Source of the DNA: Bacteroidaceae bacterium | GTDB taxonomy: Bacteria > Bacteroidota > Bacteroidia > Bacteroidales > Bacteroidaceae | DNA length: 64,000 nt | NCBI GenBank assembly: GCA_017458585.1 | Contig: JAFTAJ010000040.1 | Location: forward strand, 5,422-69,421 | Direction of reading: 5' to 3' | Shown here: positions 7,476 to 16,391 of the stretch, in pieces | How positions within the stretch are numbered: position 1 is the stretch's first letter | Layout of the letters: each line of letters opens with the position of its first letter | Program-made: the position numbers and the translations under genes | Notes under the pieces: generated by a model | Database searches by the model: none | The model's input: only the letters and a program-made list of their open reading frames with translations | Told to the model about the DNA's origin: nothing

Positions 7476-10177
7476 AGTTTCTTGCCATCGAAGATGTAGA
7501 TGCCGTCAGGGAGTTGCGTGATGCCGTCGGCAGAGTTGGAGACTACTGTGCCGTTAACACTAAATACTTTGCCGCCCATAGCAGTTTTAGTGCCATCAAT
7601 GACACTTCCTACTGCGTCAGGGTCTTCAAAGCCCACGAGCAAGTCGGCCACGATAGGCATATGGTCGGAGGTTGTTTTGTCGTTCACTACCTCATAGCTA
7701 ATCTTTTCTACGCCACCGATGGGGTCGTAGCTGATTATGTTGTCGATGATGTATGTGCCGGCGCTCCATGTGGGAGTGGTGAGGTCTGAGTGGTATGTGA
7801 AGCCGTTCTCTTGCAGATACTTGGTGAGCACGCCACGCGCACCTTCCATCTCACTATCCGTGCCGTCGTCATTGAAGTCACCTGCTATGATGAGCGGCTT
7901 GCCCAGCTCTACCCAGTTCTCGGCTTCTGCCTTGATGATGGGGCCTGTGCCACGACGTGCGTTGGCAGAGAGGCCTACATGCAGGCTGGCGAAGACATAG
8001 TTGTCATACTCTGCCACCAGCATGCGGCGCGGCTCGAAGTCGGAGGTGAGGGCCACCACCTTTATGGACAACGGTATCTGATCGCTAAGGATGCCTATGC
8101 CGTAGCCTTCAAGTGCACTGCAGAAGATGCCGTACATACCTGTAAGGTCAGAGAGTTCCTTGACTTGATACTTGTAGTTGGAGCGTGACCAGGCGCTATC
8201 CAGTTCCTGCAGAGCTACTACATTGGCTCGCTGAGCCAGTATGGCGTCTGCAACTTTTTGCAATCCCTTGGCGCAGTGCTGTACGTTATAGCTCAGCACG
8301 CGCAGGGTGTCTTGCTGATATTTGTTGTACACTGGTTCCTGGTATGTACCCCTGAGAGCAGCATCCAGATTGGCGATATCCTGACGATAGACCATTTCGT
8401 AGGTGCCGTTCTGCACATCATTGTCTGCCTTGTTCCATATTTTCTTCAATATCTCCTTCTGTTCATCACTCAGCTCGCTGTAGTCAGCAAAATTGGGGTT
8501 GTTGTTAGAAACGAGCATGTCTATCAGTTCCATCTTCACCTGAGGTATGGCGTCCAAATCGGCCTCGCTCACGCTCTGCAGTTTCCACATGGCTGAGGTG
8601 CTGTCAGGCGCATTCCAGTTGTCGTCGGCAGCTACATGACCGCTCTCGGCGGCATACATGCGGTCTTCGCCCGTGCTCGCGTTATATATTAATAAGGTAT
8701 TGCGCGTGCCCGCAACAAGTTCTACCTCTTGAGCTACGAGTGTGTCGGACATAACCATCAGCCCATCCACTGCTTCGCCTACGTATTTGTTGCTGACGAA
8801 GTTTTTGATGCTGTACTTGCCGTCCTCACCCTCGACGGGATCAATCTTGAAAACCATGCGTGGGTCAGGTGATAGTCCTGCGTAGGTCAGATCGGCCTTT
8901 GCGGTTACAGAAGACTCATCGATCTGCTTCTGCATCCATGCGCGTTTCTTGTCAGAGGCAGAGGTGGCCAGCACTACATTATAGTAGCCTGGCTTGATTT
9001 TATAGGCAACTGGCTCGGGTGCATCATTCTTAACCTTGAGCAGTTTCCAGCGTCCAGGGTAGCCGTTTGTCTCGCCATCGCCGGGGTAATCGTCGTCGCC
9101 CACTCTCTGCTTGGCAACGCTGTTGTTGGGGCGATCATTACGCAGGTAACCCTGTACATGAATGGAGTATTGCGACTCGCTATTGGTCATAAAGAAACGC
9201 CCTTCACCCTCATTAAGGTCAGTGAGAGTATAGCCTACGGGATCGCTGGAGAATATAACATCAGTTTCGCCGCTATTCATATTGCCAAGATATTTGCCGT
9301 TTTCTTTATTTAGGAACGCCCATTGTCCTTCATCGCCAGCCTTTTCTGCTGTCCAAATGAAACCATCGGACTCCTTGTCGAGGTCGCCCCAATATACATA
9401 CTTGTCACCCCAGTTGACTGTGTAGCTGCTCTGCAGCGTTGACATAGCCTTAGGTTCGCCAGTGGTGTTGCTACGGAACGCGGTGCGGTCGCTAACAAGG
9501 AAATATTCTTCACCCTCCTTTATCTGACTTACATCAGTAATCCACTGCTCGACAGGTGCAGGTGGGGTATCTTCCACTGCATATATCTGCCAACGGCCGG
9601 GGTAGCCGTTCTCGGCCACATCATCCTTGTAGTTGTCATCCCCCACACTCTGCTTGGCAAGGCTGTTGTTGGGGCGGTCGTTTCGCAGGTAGCCCTGCAC
9701 ATGGGGCGAGTGAGTATTCTCGCTACTTGTCATGAAAAAGCGACCCAGTCCGTCATCGAGATCTGTGAGTTTATAACCTATTGGCGTGGTGGAGAAGAGT
9801 ACGTCGTCATCGTAACTATTCTTTACGCCCAGGTACTGCTCCTTAACTACATTTTTGAACGCCCAGTGGTCGTCATCCACTTTCTCTGCAATCCACTGAA
9901 AGCCCTCTTCCTCTGCATCAAAGTCGCCCCAATAGACAAACTGCTCACCCCAACTTATTGTATAGCCGCTGAGCAGATACGACATGCCCTTGGGCTTGCC
10001 AGTGTTGTTGCCCGCATACTTGGTGCGGTCGCTGATGAGGAAGTACGCATTGCCGTCCTGCAGGTCGTCGGCATACATCACGCGCGTGTAACCTTCTATA
10101 AGGTTCTGCGCCCGTGCGCCCATGCTACCGAGTAGGGTCATGAGCGTTACAATAAATAGTAGAAATCTTGCTTTCAT
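7466..10177 (-). CDS. secreted endonuclease/exonuclease/phosphatase (EEP) family protein with duplicated N-terminal module and T9SS C-terminal sorting domain
   Basis: 903 aa with a signal peptide. A ~157-aa module is repeated (aa 45-200 and 225-381). EEP motifs are present (LSYNVQH, ALQELD, GDFND, SDHMP). The C-terminus ...VFSVNGTVV...GIYIFDGKKLKK is typical of a T9SS CTD. Confidence 0.7.
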   Translation of the reverse strand: MKARFLLFIVTLMTLLGSMGARAQNLIEGYTRVMYADDLQDGNAYFLISDRTKYAGNNTGKPKGMSYLLSGYTISWGEQFVYWGDFDAEEEGFQWIAEKVDDDHWAFKNVVKEQYLGVKNSYDDDVLFSTTPIGYKLTDLDDGLGRFFMTSSENTHSPHVQGYLRNDRPNNSLAKQSVGDDNYKDDVAENGYPGRWQIYAVEDTPPAPVEQWITDVSQIKEGEEYFLVSDRTAFRSNTTGEPKAMSTLQSSYTVNWGDKYVYWGDLDKESDGFIWTAEKAGDEGQWAFLNKENGKYLGNMNSGETDVIFSSDPVGYTLTDLNEGEGRFFMTNSESQYSIHVQGYLRNDRPNNSVAKQRVGDDDYPGDGETNGYPGRWKLLKVKNDAPEPVAYKIKPGYYNVVLATSASDKKRAWMQKQIDESSVTAKADLTYAGLSPDPRMVFKIDPVEGEDGKYSIKNFVSNKYVGEAVDGLMVMSDTLVAQEVELVAGTRNTLLIYNASTGEDRMYAAESGHVAADDNWNAPDSTSAMWKLQSVSEADLDAIPQVKMELIDMLVSNNNPNFADYSELSDEQKEILKKIWNKADNDVQNGTYEMVYRQDIANLDAALRGTYQEPVYNKYQQDTLRVLSYNVQHCAKGLQKVADAILAQRANVVALQELDSAWSRSNYKYQVKELSDLTGMYGIFCSALEGYGIGILSDQIPLSIKVVALTSDFEPRRMLVAEYDNYVFASLHVGLSANARRGTGPIIKAEAENWVELGKPLIIAGDFNDDGTDSEMEGARGVLTKYLQENGFTYHSDLTTPTWSAGTYIIDNIISYDPIGGVEKISYEVVNDKTTSDHMPIVADLLVGFEDPDAVGSVIDGTKTAMGGKVFSVNGTVVSNSADGITQLPDGIYIFDGKKLKK

Positions 10178-10208
10178 AATGAAACGTTTTGGTTGTTTGT
10201 TAATGTTG

Positions 10209-10216
10209 CAAAGTTA
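10209..10216 (-). promoter_or_regulatory. putative -7 box TAACTTTG for the EEP gene
   Basis: The plus strand reads caaagtta, 31 nt upstream of the start at 10177. Confidence 0.45.
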
Positions 10217-10278
10217 ATCATTTTATTTTATACTACAAAGTTTTTTACTTAGATACACATCGTTCAATATTTTTTTCG

Positions 10279-10286
10279 TAATTTTG
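10279..10286 (+). promoter_or_regulatory. putative -7 box TAATTTTG for the helicase gene
   Basis: Matches TAnnTTTG, 24 nt upstream of the ATG at 10310. Confidence 0.45.
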
Positions 10287-10309
10287 CTTGAAAATTACCA
10301 TTAGCTAGT

Positions 10310-12691
10310 ATGCCCAACATCTTAGTGAACGAAAGCAACCCGTCACAACCGCATTTTATGGATCGTCTTAACGATCAACAGCGCGTGGCGGTAGAGTGTA
10401 CCGAAGGCCCATCGTTGGTAGTGGCCGGCGCGGGCAGTGGCAAGACAACGGTGCTCACAACCAAGATTGCCTACCTGCTGACTAAGGGCGTGGCACCATG
10501 GAATATTCTGGCGCTCACATTCACCAATAAGGCTGCGCGTGAGATGCGCGAACGCATAGAGCAGATGGTAGGAGTAGTGGAGGCTCGCTCGCTGTGGATG
10601 GGTACTTTTCACAGCATCTTCAGCCGCATATTGAGAAAAGAGGCTTTTGTGTTTGGCTTCGACAGCCAGTACACTATATATCAGCCGAGCGATACGCGGT
10701 CGCTGCTGAAGGCTATCGTCAGAGAGAGAGGGCTCGATGACAAGGTGTATAAGCCACAGCTACTGGCGGCTAACATATCGCAGGCGAAGAACATGCTCGT
10801 CACACCCAAGCGATACAGACAGAGCAATGAGGCCTACACTCGCGACGATATGGAGCGCATACCGCTGACGGGGGAGATATACGAGGAGTATTTCAACCGC
10901 TGCCACAAGGCTAACGCTATGGACTTCGACGACCTGCTGCTCTACACATTCCTGCTCTTCGATGCCCATCCGGAAATTAGAGAGAAGTATGCCAGCAAGT
11001 TCAGGTACATACTCGTGGATGAGTTTCAGGACACCAACTACGCTCAGTTTGTGATTCTTGACCAACTGGCCCGCGTGCACAAAAACATTTGCGTGGTGGG
11101 CGACGATGCACAAAGCATCTACAGTTTCCGTGGCGCTCGCATCGATAATATCTTGAACTACGACCGCGTATTCGCTGGTACTAAGGTATTTAAGCTTGAA
11201 CGGAATTATCGATCTACGCAGAATATAGTTAACGCCGCCAACAGTCTGATACAGCACAACGAGAACCAGATTCGCAAGACCATATATAGCGAGAACGAGG
11301 AAGGCTCACCGCTAATTCTCAACGAGCTGACGAGCGATATAGAAGAGGGGGCTGCAGTATGTCAGCGCATCAAAACATTGCATCGCGAAGGGGTGAAGTA
11401 CTCCGAGATGGCTATTCTCTATCGCACCAATGGGCAGAGCCGAATATTGGAGGAGAGTCTGCGCAAGAATTCTATACCTTATATTATATATGGTAGCAAC
11501 TCATTCTATGAGAAGAAAGAGATACGCGATGTGATGGGATACCTGCGTCTCATTGTCAACCCGAACGATGAAGAAGCTCTGCGACGTATCATCAATTTCC
11601 CTACCAGGGGCATCGGCGACACAACAGTCAACAAAATATTCAACTGCGCCCAAGAACATGGCACCAGCGCATGGAATGTGGTGCAGCAGCCCGATCTCTA
11701 TGGCCTTGATGCCAATGCAGGCACAAAGAGCAGGCTGCAAGCCTTTGCCGCTATGATAAGAGACTTTGTGGCAGACCTTAACGGAGCCGATGCCTATCAG
11801 CTAGGGCAGCGCGTGCTGAAGGAAAGCGGCTTGATGGAGCAGGCGATAGCCGACCGAAGCACAGAGGGTAAGGAAGTGATGGACAACTACTCCTCACTGC
11901 TCAGCGGCATGAGCCAGTTTGTGCAGAGTCAACGTGAGCAGGATGAGGGTTTTTCGGTGGGAATGATTGACTACCTGCAGGAAGTGGCATTGCTTACCGA
12001 CTCTGACAAGGATGAGGGCGACGGTGATGCAGTGCGCATGATGACAGTGCATATCGCCAAGGGGCTAGAGTTTGACGTGGTGTTTGTCACAGGCCTGGAG
12101 CAAGGCATCTTCCCCAGCGCCCAGTGCCTCACACCCAAAGAGCACGAAGAGGAGCGGCGACTGCTGTTCGTAGCTATCACACGAGCAAGGAAACGCTGCT
12201 ATGTGTCGAATGCCAAGACTAGATTCCGTTTTGGGAAGTCCGATTGGTTCGAGCCTAGTGAATTTCTGAAAGACATTGATTCGAAGTACATCTACCAGGA
12301 AACTTCCAGTCGCGACATGAGACGACAGAACTTCAACGAGTATATCGATTTTGACGAAGAAAGAAACGCATTGTTTAAGCCACGCAGTACTTATAGGACG
12401 CATCAAGAATATAGACCACAGAAGTTGCGCTCAGCAAGCGTATCTTATAACAGGCCGCTAAAGGCTTTGCGGTCTCAGGGCAGAGGGACGGCACCCGCAG
12501 AACTCCAAACAGCGCGTGTGCAGAATGGCATTATAAGCGCAGGGAGTAGGGTGGAACATGCCACCTTTGGAGTCGGCACAGTGTTGCGCATTGAGGACAA
12601 CATGACAGGCTTAAAAGCCGTTATAAATTTTGTAAACTGTGGCGAGAAGACATTGCTGCTGAAATATGCAAAACTGAATATTATCGACTGA
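10310..12691 (+). CDS. ATP-dependent DNA helicase, UvrD/PcrA/Rep family
   Basis: 793 aa with Walker A AGAGSGKT, VDEFQDTN, the arginine-finger region, and a C-terminal Tudor-like tail. An alternative start at MDRLNDQQ (10358) is possible. Confidence 0.9.
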   Translation: MPNILVNESNPSQPHFMDRLNDQQRVAVECTEGPSLVVAGAGSGKTTVLTTKIAYLLTKGVAPWNILALTFTNKAAREMRERIEQMVGVVEARSLWMGTFHSIFSRILRKEAFVFGFDSQYTIYQPSDTRSLLKAIVRERGLDDKVYKPQLLAANISQAKNMLVTPKRYRQSNEAYTRDDMERIPLTGEIYEEYFNRCHKANAMDFDDLLLYTFLLFDAHPEIREKYASKFRYILVDEFQDTNYAQFVILDQLARVHKNICVVGDDAQSIYSFRGARIDNILNYDRVFAGTKVFKLERNYRSTQNIVNAANSLIQHNENQIRKTIYSENEEGSPLILNELTSDIEEGAAVCQRIKTLHREGVKYSEMAILYRTNGQSRILEESLRKNSIPYIIYGSNSFYEKKEIRDVMGYLRLIVNPNDEEALRRIINFPTRGIGDTTVNKIFNCAQEHGTSAWNVVQQPDLYGLDANAGTKSRLQAFAAMIRDFVADLNGADAYQLGQRVLKESGLMEQAIADRSTEGKEVMDNYSSLLSGMSQFVQSQREQDEGFSVGMIDYLQEVALLTDSDKDEGDGDAVRMMTVHIAKGLEFDVVFVTGLEQGIFPSAQCLTPKEHEEERRLLFVAITRARKRCYVSNAKTRFRFGKSDWFEPSEFLKDIDSKYIYQETSSRDMRRQNFNEYIDFDEERNALFKPRSTYRTHQEYRPQKLRSASVSYNRPLKALRSQGRGTAPAELQTARVQNGIISAGSRVEHATFGVGTVLRIEDNMTGLKAVINFVNCGEKTLLLKYAKLNIID

Positions 12692-12698
12692 GCACCAG

Positions 12699-14126
12699 AT
12701 GAGTAGAAAGAGAAAGCCGCTTCCCTTGCTGGAAGACATTGAGATAACAGGTTTTGCCGCGGAGGGCAAAGCAATTGCCAAGGTTGACGACATGGTTGTG
12801 TTTGTGCCGTGGGTGGTGCCTGGCGACGTATGCGACCTCCAGGTGGTACGAAAAAAGCATAGCTTCATGGAGGCTAAGGCAGTGCAGCTCAGACACAAGA
12901 GTGATGAGCGAGTGGAGCCACGCTGCAAGCATTTTGGTGTATGTGGCGGATGCAAGTGGCAGTGTCTGGGCTATGAACGCCAGCTCCACTACAAGCAGCA
13001 GCAAGTGGTTGACACCCTGACTCGCATCGGCAAGGTTAAATTGCCAGAATCGATGCCCATAATAGGCAGCCGTAATACTTTCGGTTATCGCAACAAGTTG
13101 GAGTTCAGCTTCTCCAACAAGCGCTGGCTTACCGATGAGGATATCAGCCAAGGCATCGAATACAGCAACAAAAACGGCGTGGGCTTTCATATACCTGGAG
13201 CCTTTGACAAGGTGCTCGACATAGAGGAGTGCCATCTGATGGACGACATACAGAATCGAGTGCGCAACGGTGTGCGCAACTATGCTCTTGAACATGGACT
13301 GCCCTTCTTTGACCTCCGTCAACAGACAGGACTGCTACGCGATATGATATTCCGCACTTCTAACTCTGGTGAAGTGATGCTCACCATGCAGTTTCACATC
13401 ACTTCAACAGAGGAACAGCAGCAGGCCAACACCCTGATGGACTGGATATGCGACACATTCAGTGAAATCACAACGCTCGTATGGGTCAACAATCTGAAGT
13501 GCAACGACACCATGGGCGACCTTGACGTCAATATCCACAAGGGCTCTGGCTTTGTGTATGAGCTGATGGAAGACCTCCGTTTTAAGGTAGGCCCCAAGAG
13601 CTTCTATCAGACCAACAATGACCAAGCCTATGAACTATATAAGGTGGCGCGCGCTTTCGCAGACCTCAGTGGCAACGAGTTGGTTTATGACCTATATACC
13701 GGTACAGGTACTATCGCAAATTTCGTTGCACGTCAGGCAGCCAAGGTCATAGGAATAGAGTATGTGGAGGACGCGATTAAAGATGCTCGCATCAATGCAG
13801 CGCTCAATGGCATCGACAACACCATCTTTATCGCAGGTGATATGAAAGATGTGCTCAACGACGAGTTTATCGCGTCTCACGGCCGCCCTGATGTAATAAT
13901 CACAGACCCTCCACGTGCTGGCATGCACAGCGATGTGGTGCAGACTATCCTCAACGCCGCCCCTCAGCGCATAGTGTATGTCAGTTGCAATCCTGCCACG
14001 CAAGCACGAGATCTGCAGATGCTTGACATCAAGTACGATGTGGCTGCTTATCAACCAGTGGACATGTTTCCTCACACACACCATATTGAGAATGTGGCAC
14101 TATTAGTAAAGAGACAAATTACGTAA
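12699..14126 (+). CDS. rlmD: 23S rRNA (uracil-C5)-methyltransferase RlmD/RumA
   Basis: 475 aa with an N-terminal TRAM domain, the Fe-S Cys cluster CKHFGVCGGCKWQ, the SAM motif DLYTGTGT and DPPRAG. Confidence 0.85.
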   Translation: MSRKRKPLPLLEDIEITGFAAEGKAIAKVDDMVVFVPWVVPGDVCDLQVVRKKHSFMEAKAVQLRHKSDERVEPRCKHFGVCGGCKWQCLGYERQLHYKQQQVVDTLTRIGKVKLPESMPIIGSRNTFGYRNKLEFSFSNKRWLTDEDISQGIEYSNKNGVGFHIPGAFDKVLDIEECHLMDDIQNRVRNGVRNYALEHGLPFFDLRQQTGLLRDMIFRTSNSGEVMLTMQFHITSTEEQQQANTLMDWICDTFSEITTLVWVNNLKCNDTMGDLDVNIHKGSGFVYELMEDLRFKVGPKSFYQTNNDQAYELYKVARAFADLSGNELVYDLYTGTGTIANFVARQAAKVIGIEYVEDAIKDARINAALNGIDNTIFIAGDMKDVLNDEFIASHGRPDVIITDPPRAGMHSDVVQTILNAAPQRIVYVSCNPATQARDLQMLDIKYDVAAYQPVDMFPHTHHIENVALLVKRQIT

Positions 14127-14155
14127 TTCCTAATTTCTAATTCCTAATTCATAAT
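14127..14155 (+). repeat. heptamer array TTCCTAA/TTTCTAA filling the whole rlmD-to-next-gene gap
   Basis: ttcctaatttctaattcctaattcataat spans exactly from the stop codon (14126) to the ATG (14156). The plus strand has no G. Confidence 0.85.
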
Positions 14156-14869
14156 ATGGACAAGAGATACGACGCTGTGATATGTGGCAAGCTGCAAGGC
14201 TTTGCTCGCATTGCTGACTGGGCAGGCATGCTTGCCTATCTGCATGGCTTGAGCAACTCGGCATTTCGCACTGCGTCGTATGTGATGGCAGAACATGTGT
14301 TACCGCCCTTGGAGGCTGACACATATTGGGAGTGCTTCCATACTGTCGCACTCACCAACACTAAGGCTTTCCTTATGACCTTCCTTAAAGCCGCATTGCA
14401 GAAATACCATGAAGGGACACTTGATTTCCAGAATTGCATCTTTGTTGACTTTGCATGGTCCACAGCAGAGGAGAGTGTAAGTCTCGACCGCCAAAAGACT
14501 CTTAAAGCCCTTTTACCTGTACTACGCTCTTCTGCCGAGGTGCAAGGAATGCTCGACGCCTTCTGCGGCACAGACAACGAGCGCAAACTAAACTATCTCA
14601 TATTTGCAGATGAGAGTATGGCGTGCTACTATGTGATATTCTGTCTGCTGCGACAGATAGACCACGCGCCCAACCAGCAGGTGAAAATGCTCCGGCAGAT
14701 AATACATCGTTCCACACCACTGGCATACAATTTCGTCAGCATAATGCGCGCCTACTTCGGGTTAGAGCAACTAAAGGGTAGCTACTCGCTCAATCTGCAG
14801 CCCTACGAACTCTCTCGGATAGAGAACGGCTACGACGCCTTCCTGCTATTGATGAACAAGATAAAATAA
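14156..14869 (+). CDS. hypothetical cytoplasmic protein (237 aa)
   Basis: Long ORF in an operon-like position with coding-type composition. I recognise no motif. Confidence 0.6.
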   Translation: MDKRYDAVICGKLQGFARIADWAGMLAYLHGLSNSAFRTASYVMAEHVLPPLEADTYWECFHTVALTNTKAFLMTFLKAALQKYHEGTLDFQNCIFVDFAWSTAEESVSLDRQKTLKALLPVLRSSAEVQGMLDAFCGTDNERKLNYLIFADESMACYYVIFCLLRQIDHAPNQQVKMLRQIIHRSTPLAYNFVSIMRAYFGLEQLKGSYSLNLQPYELSRIENGYDAFLLLMNKIK

Positions 14870-14875
14870 TCAACC

Positions 14876-14914
14876 CCTAATTCCTTATCTCCTTACTCCT
14901 TACTCCTCTTTCCT
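14876..14914 (+). repeat. heptamer array CTCCTTA/TCCTTAC
   Basis: cctaattccttatctccttactccttactcctctttcct ends at the ATG at 14915 and is G-free. Confidence 0.85.
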
Positions 14915-15562
14915 ATGTTTTCTTGTATCACTGAACTCGACAAATCGGTAACGCTGGCTCTCAACGGCAGCGACTCCCTTGTAATGGACAGCATAATGAT
15001 GATTATCACCAGCACCATTGTGTGGATACCCGTTGGCTTGTTTCTGCTCTATTACATCTACAGAAAGTGCGGCATTAAGAGCATGCTGCTTGTACTGGGC
15101 GGAATGTTGCTCTGCATCTTGCTGGCCGACCTTATGTCATCAATGGTGTGCAAGCCGCTCGTAGCACGACTCCGTCCAAGCAACGAGCCATCCTTGGAAG
15201 GTATGATAGACCTCGTCAACAATTATCATGGCGGAAGATACGGTTTCTTTTCAGCTCATGCAGCCAACACTATGAGCATAGCTGTATTTCTATCTCTACT
15301 GCTACGTCGCATACCCATAGTGCTGCTACTCATCGTATGGTCGCTACTCAACTGCTGGTCGCGAATCTATCTTGGAGTACACTATATGGGTGACATTCTA
15401 GTGGGCCTCGCTTGGGGCACATTGGTAGGGTGGGGCGTATATCTTTTGTTGTGGCGCCACACTGGTCGCCGACTCGAACTTAATACTCAACCGATGGTGG
15501 CGGCAATACTACTTACCTTTGCTTTTATTGCTGCGATAGCACCTTTTTTGACGCCCAAATAA
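14915..15562 (+). CDS. PAP2 superfamily phosphatase (undecaprenyl-diphosphatase-like), membrane protein
   Basis: 215 aa with multiple TM segments and PAP2 motifs KPLVARLRP, SAHAAN and SRIYLGVHYMGD. Confidence 0.75.
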   Translation: MFSCITELDKSVTLALNGSDSLVMDSIMMIITSTIVWIPVGLFLLYYIYRKCGIKSMLLVLGGMLLCILLADLMSSMVCKPLVARLRPSNEPSLEGMIDLVNNYHGGRYGFFSAHAANTMSIAVFLSLLLRRIPIVLLLIVWSLLNCWSRIYLGVHYMGDILVGLAWGTLVGWGVYLLLWRHTGRRLELNTQPMVAAILLTFAFIAAIAPFLTPK

Positions 15563-15570
15563 AGAAAAAT

Positions 15571-15596
15571 CCTTACTCCTTACTCCTTATTCCTAA
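15571..15596 (+). repeat. heptamer array CCTTACT/CCTTATT upstream of promoter
   Basis: ccttactccttactccttattcctaa. Confidence 0.85.
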
Positions 15597-15604
15597 AAAA
15601 TAAT

Positions 15605-15612
15605 TACCTTTG
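15605..15612 (+). promoter_or_regulatory. putative -7 box TACCTTTG (cassette copy 1)
   Basis: ataatTACCTTTGcaa is part of a ~60-nt cassette that is repeated at 18957-19026. Confidence 0.55.
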
Positions 15613-15621
15613 CAATCCGCA

Positions 15622-15680
15622 AACCTGAAACCTGAAACATTTAACATTTTACATTTAACATTTTACATTTAACATTTACA
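15622..15680 (+). repeat. leader made of CCTGAAA x2 and ACATTT(T)A x6 units
   Basis: aacctgaaacctgaaacatttaacattttacatttaacattttacatttaacatttaca runs up to the ATG at 15683. Confidence 0.85.
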
Positions 15681-15682
15681 AT

Positions 15683-16384
15683 ATGGTTTACACAAAAGAA
15701 GTAGAAAACATGTGTTGCGTGGCCAAAGGCCCCAACCATGGTCCTGCACCAATCCCTGAAGAGGGCAAGTGGGTACAGGCAAAAGAGATTAAAGACATTT
15801 CAGGCTTCACTCATGGCATCGGCTGGTGTGCTCCACAGCAGGGTTGCTGCAAGCTCAGCCTCAATGTCAAGGAAGGCGTTATCGAGGAGTGTCTCGTAGA
15901 GACCATCGGCTGCTCTGGCATGACTCACTCTGCCGCTATGGCCAGCGAGATTCTGCCTGGCAAGACTATTCTTGAGGCTCTCAACACCGACCTCGTGTGC
16001 GACGCCATCAACACTGCCATGCGCGAGCTGTTCCTCCAGATTGTCTATGGTCGCACCCAGTCTGCTTTCTCTGAGGGCGGTCTCACCGTGGGTGCAGGAC
16101 TTGAAGACCTTGGCAAAGGCCTTGTCAGCCAGGTCGGTACCCTCTATGGCACCAAGGCTAAAGGCACACGCTACCTTCAGCTGACTGAGGGCTACATCAC
16201 CAAGATGTATCTTGACGCAGATAATGAGGTCTGCGGCTACGAGTATGTTCACATGGGCAAGTTCATGGATGCCATCAAGAAGGGCACACCTGCCGACGAG
16301 GCTCTCAAGGCTGTGACTGGCACCTATGGCCGCACCAAGGCTGAACAGGGAGTTGTTAAATCTATTGACCCACGCAAAGAATAG
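15683..16384 (+). CDS. NifU/IscU N-terminal-like Fe-S scaffold domain protein
   Basis: 233 aa, Cys-rich (MCCVAKG, GWCAPQQGCCKL, IGCSGMTHSAAMASE). It has an IscU-like GC..A motif followed by LPGKT..EAL. Confidence 0.55.
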   Translation: MVYTKEVENMCCVAKGPNHGPAPIPEEGKWVQAKEIKDISGFTHGIGWCAPQQGCCKLSLNVKEGVIEECLVETIGCSGMTHSAAMASEILPGKTILEALNTDLVCDAINTAMRELFLQIVYGRTQSAFSEGGLTVGAGLEDLGKGLVSQVGTLYGTKAKGTRYLQLTEGYITKMYLDADNEVCGYEYVHMGKFMDAIKKGTPADEALKAVTGTYGRTKAEQGVVKSIDPRKE

Positions 16385-16391
16385 TATAGCT

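Noticed and set aside
16326-16391. The upstream start of the GGGtGRT ORF overlaps the NifU-like gene by 59 nt.
   Set aside because: The ATG at 16392, 7 nt after the upstream stop, gives a native-looking N-terminus (MIREVKFES...). The extension is translated from the 3' end of the previous gene in another frame.
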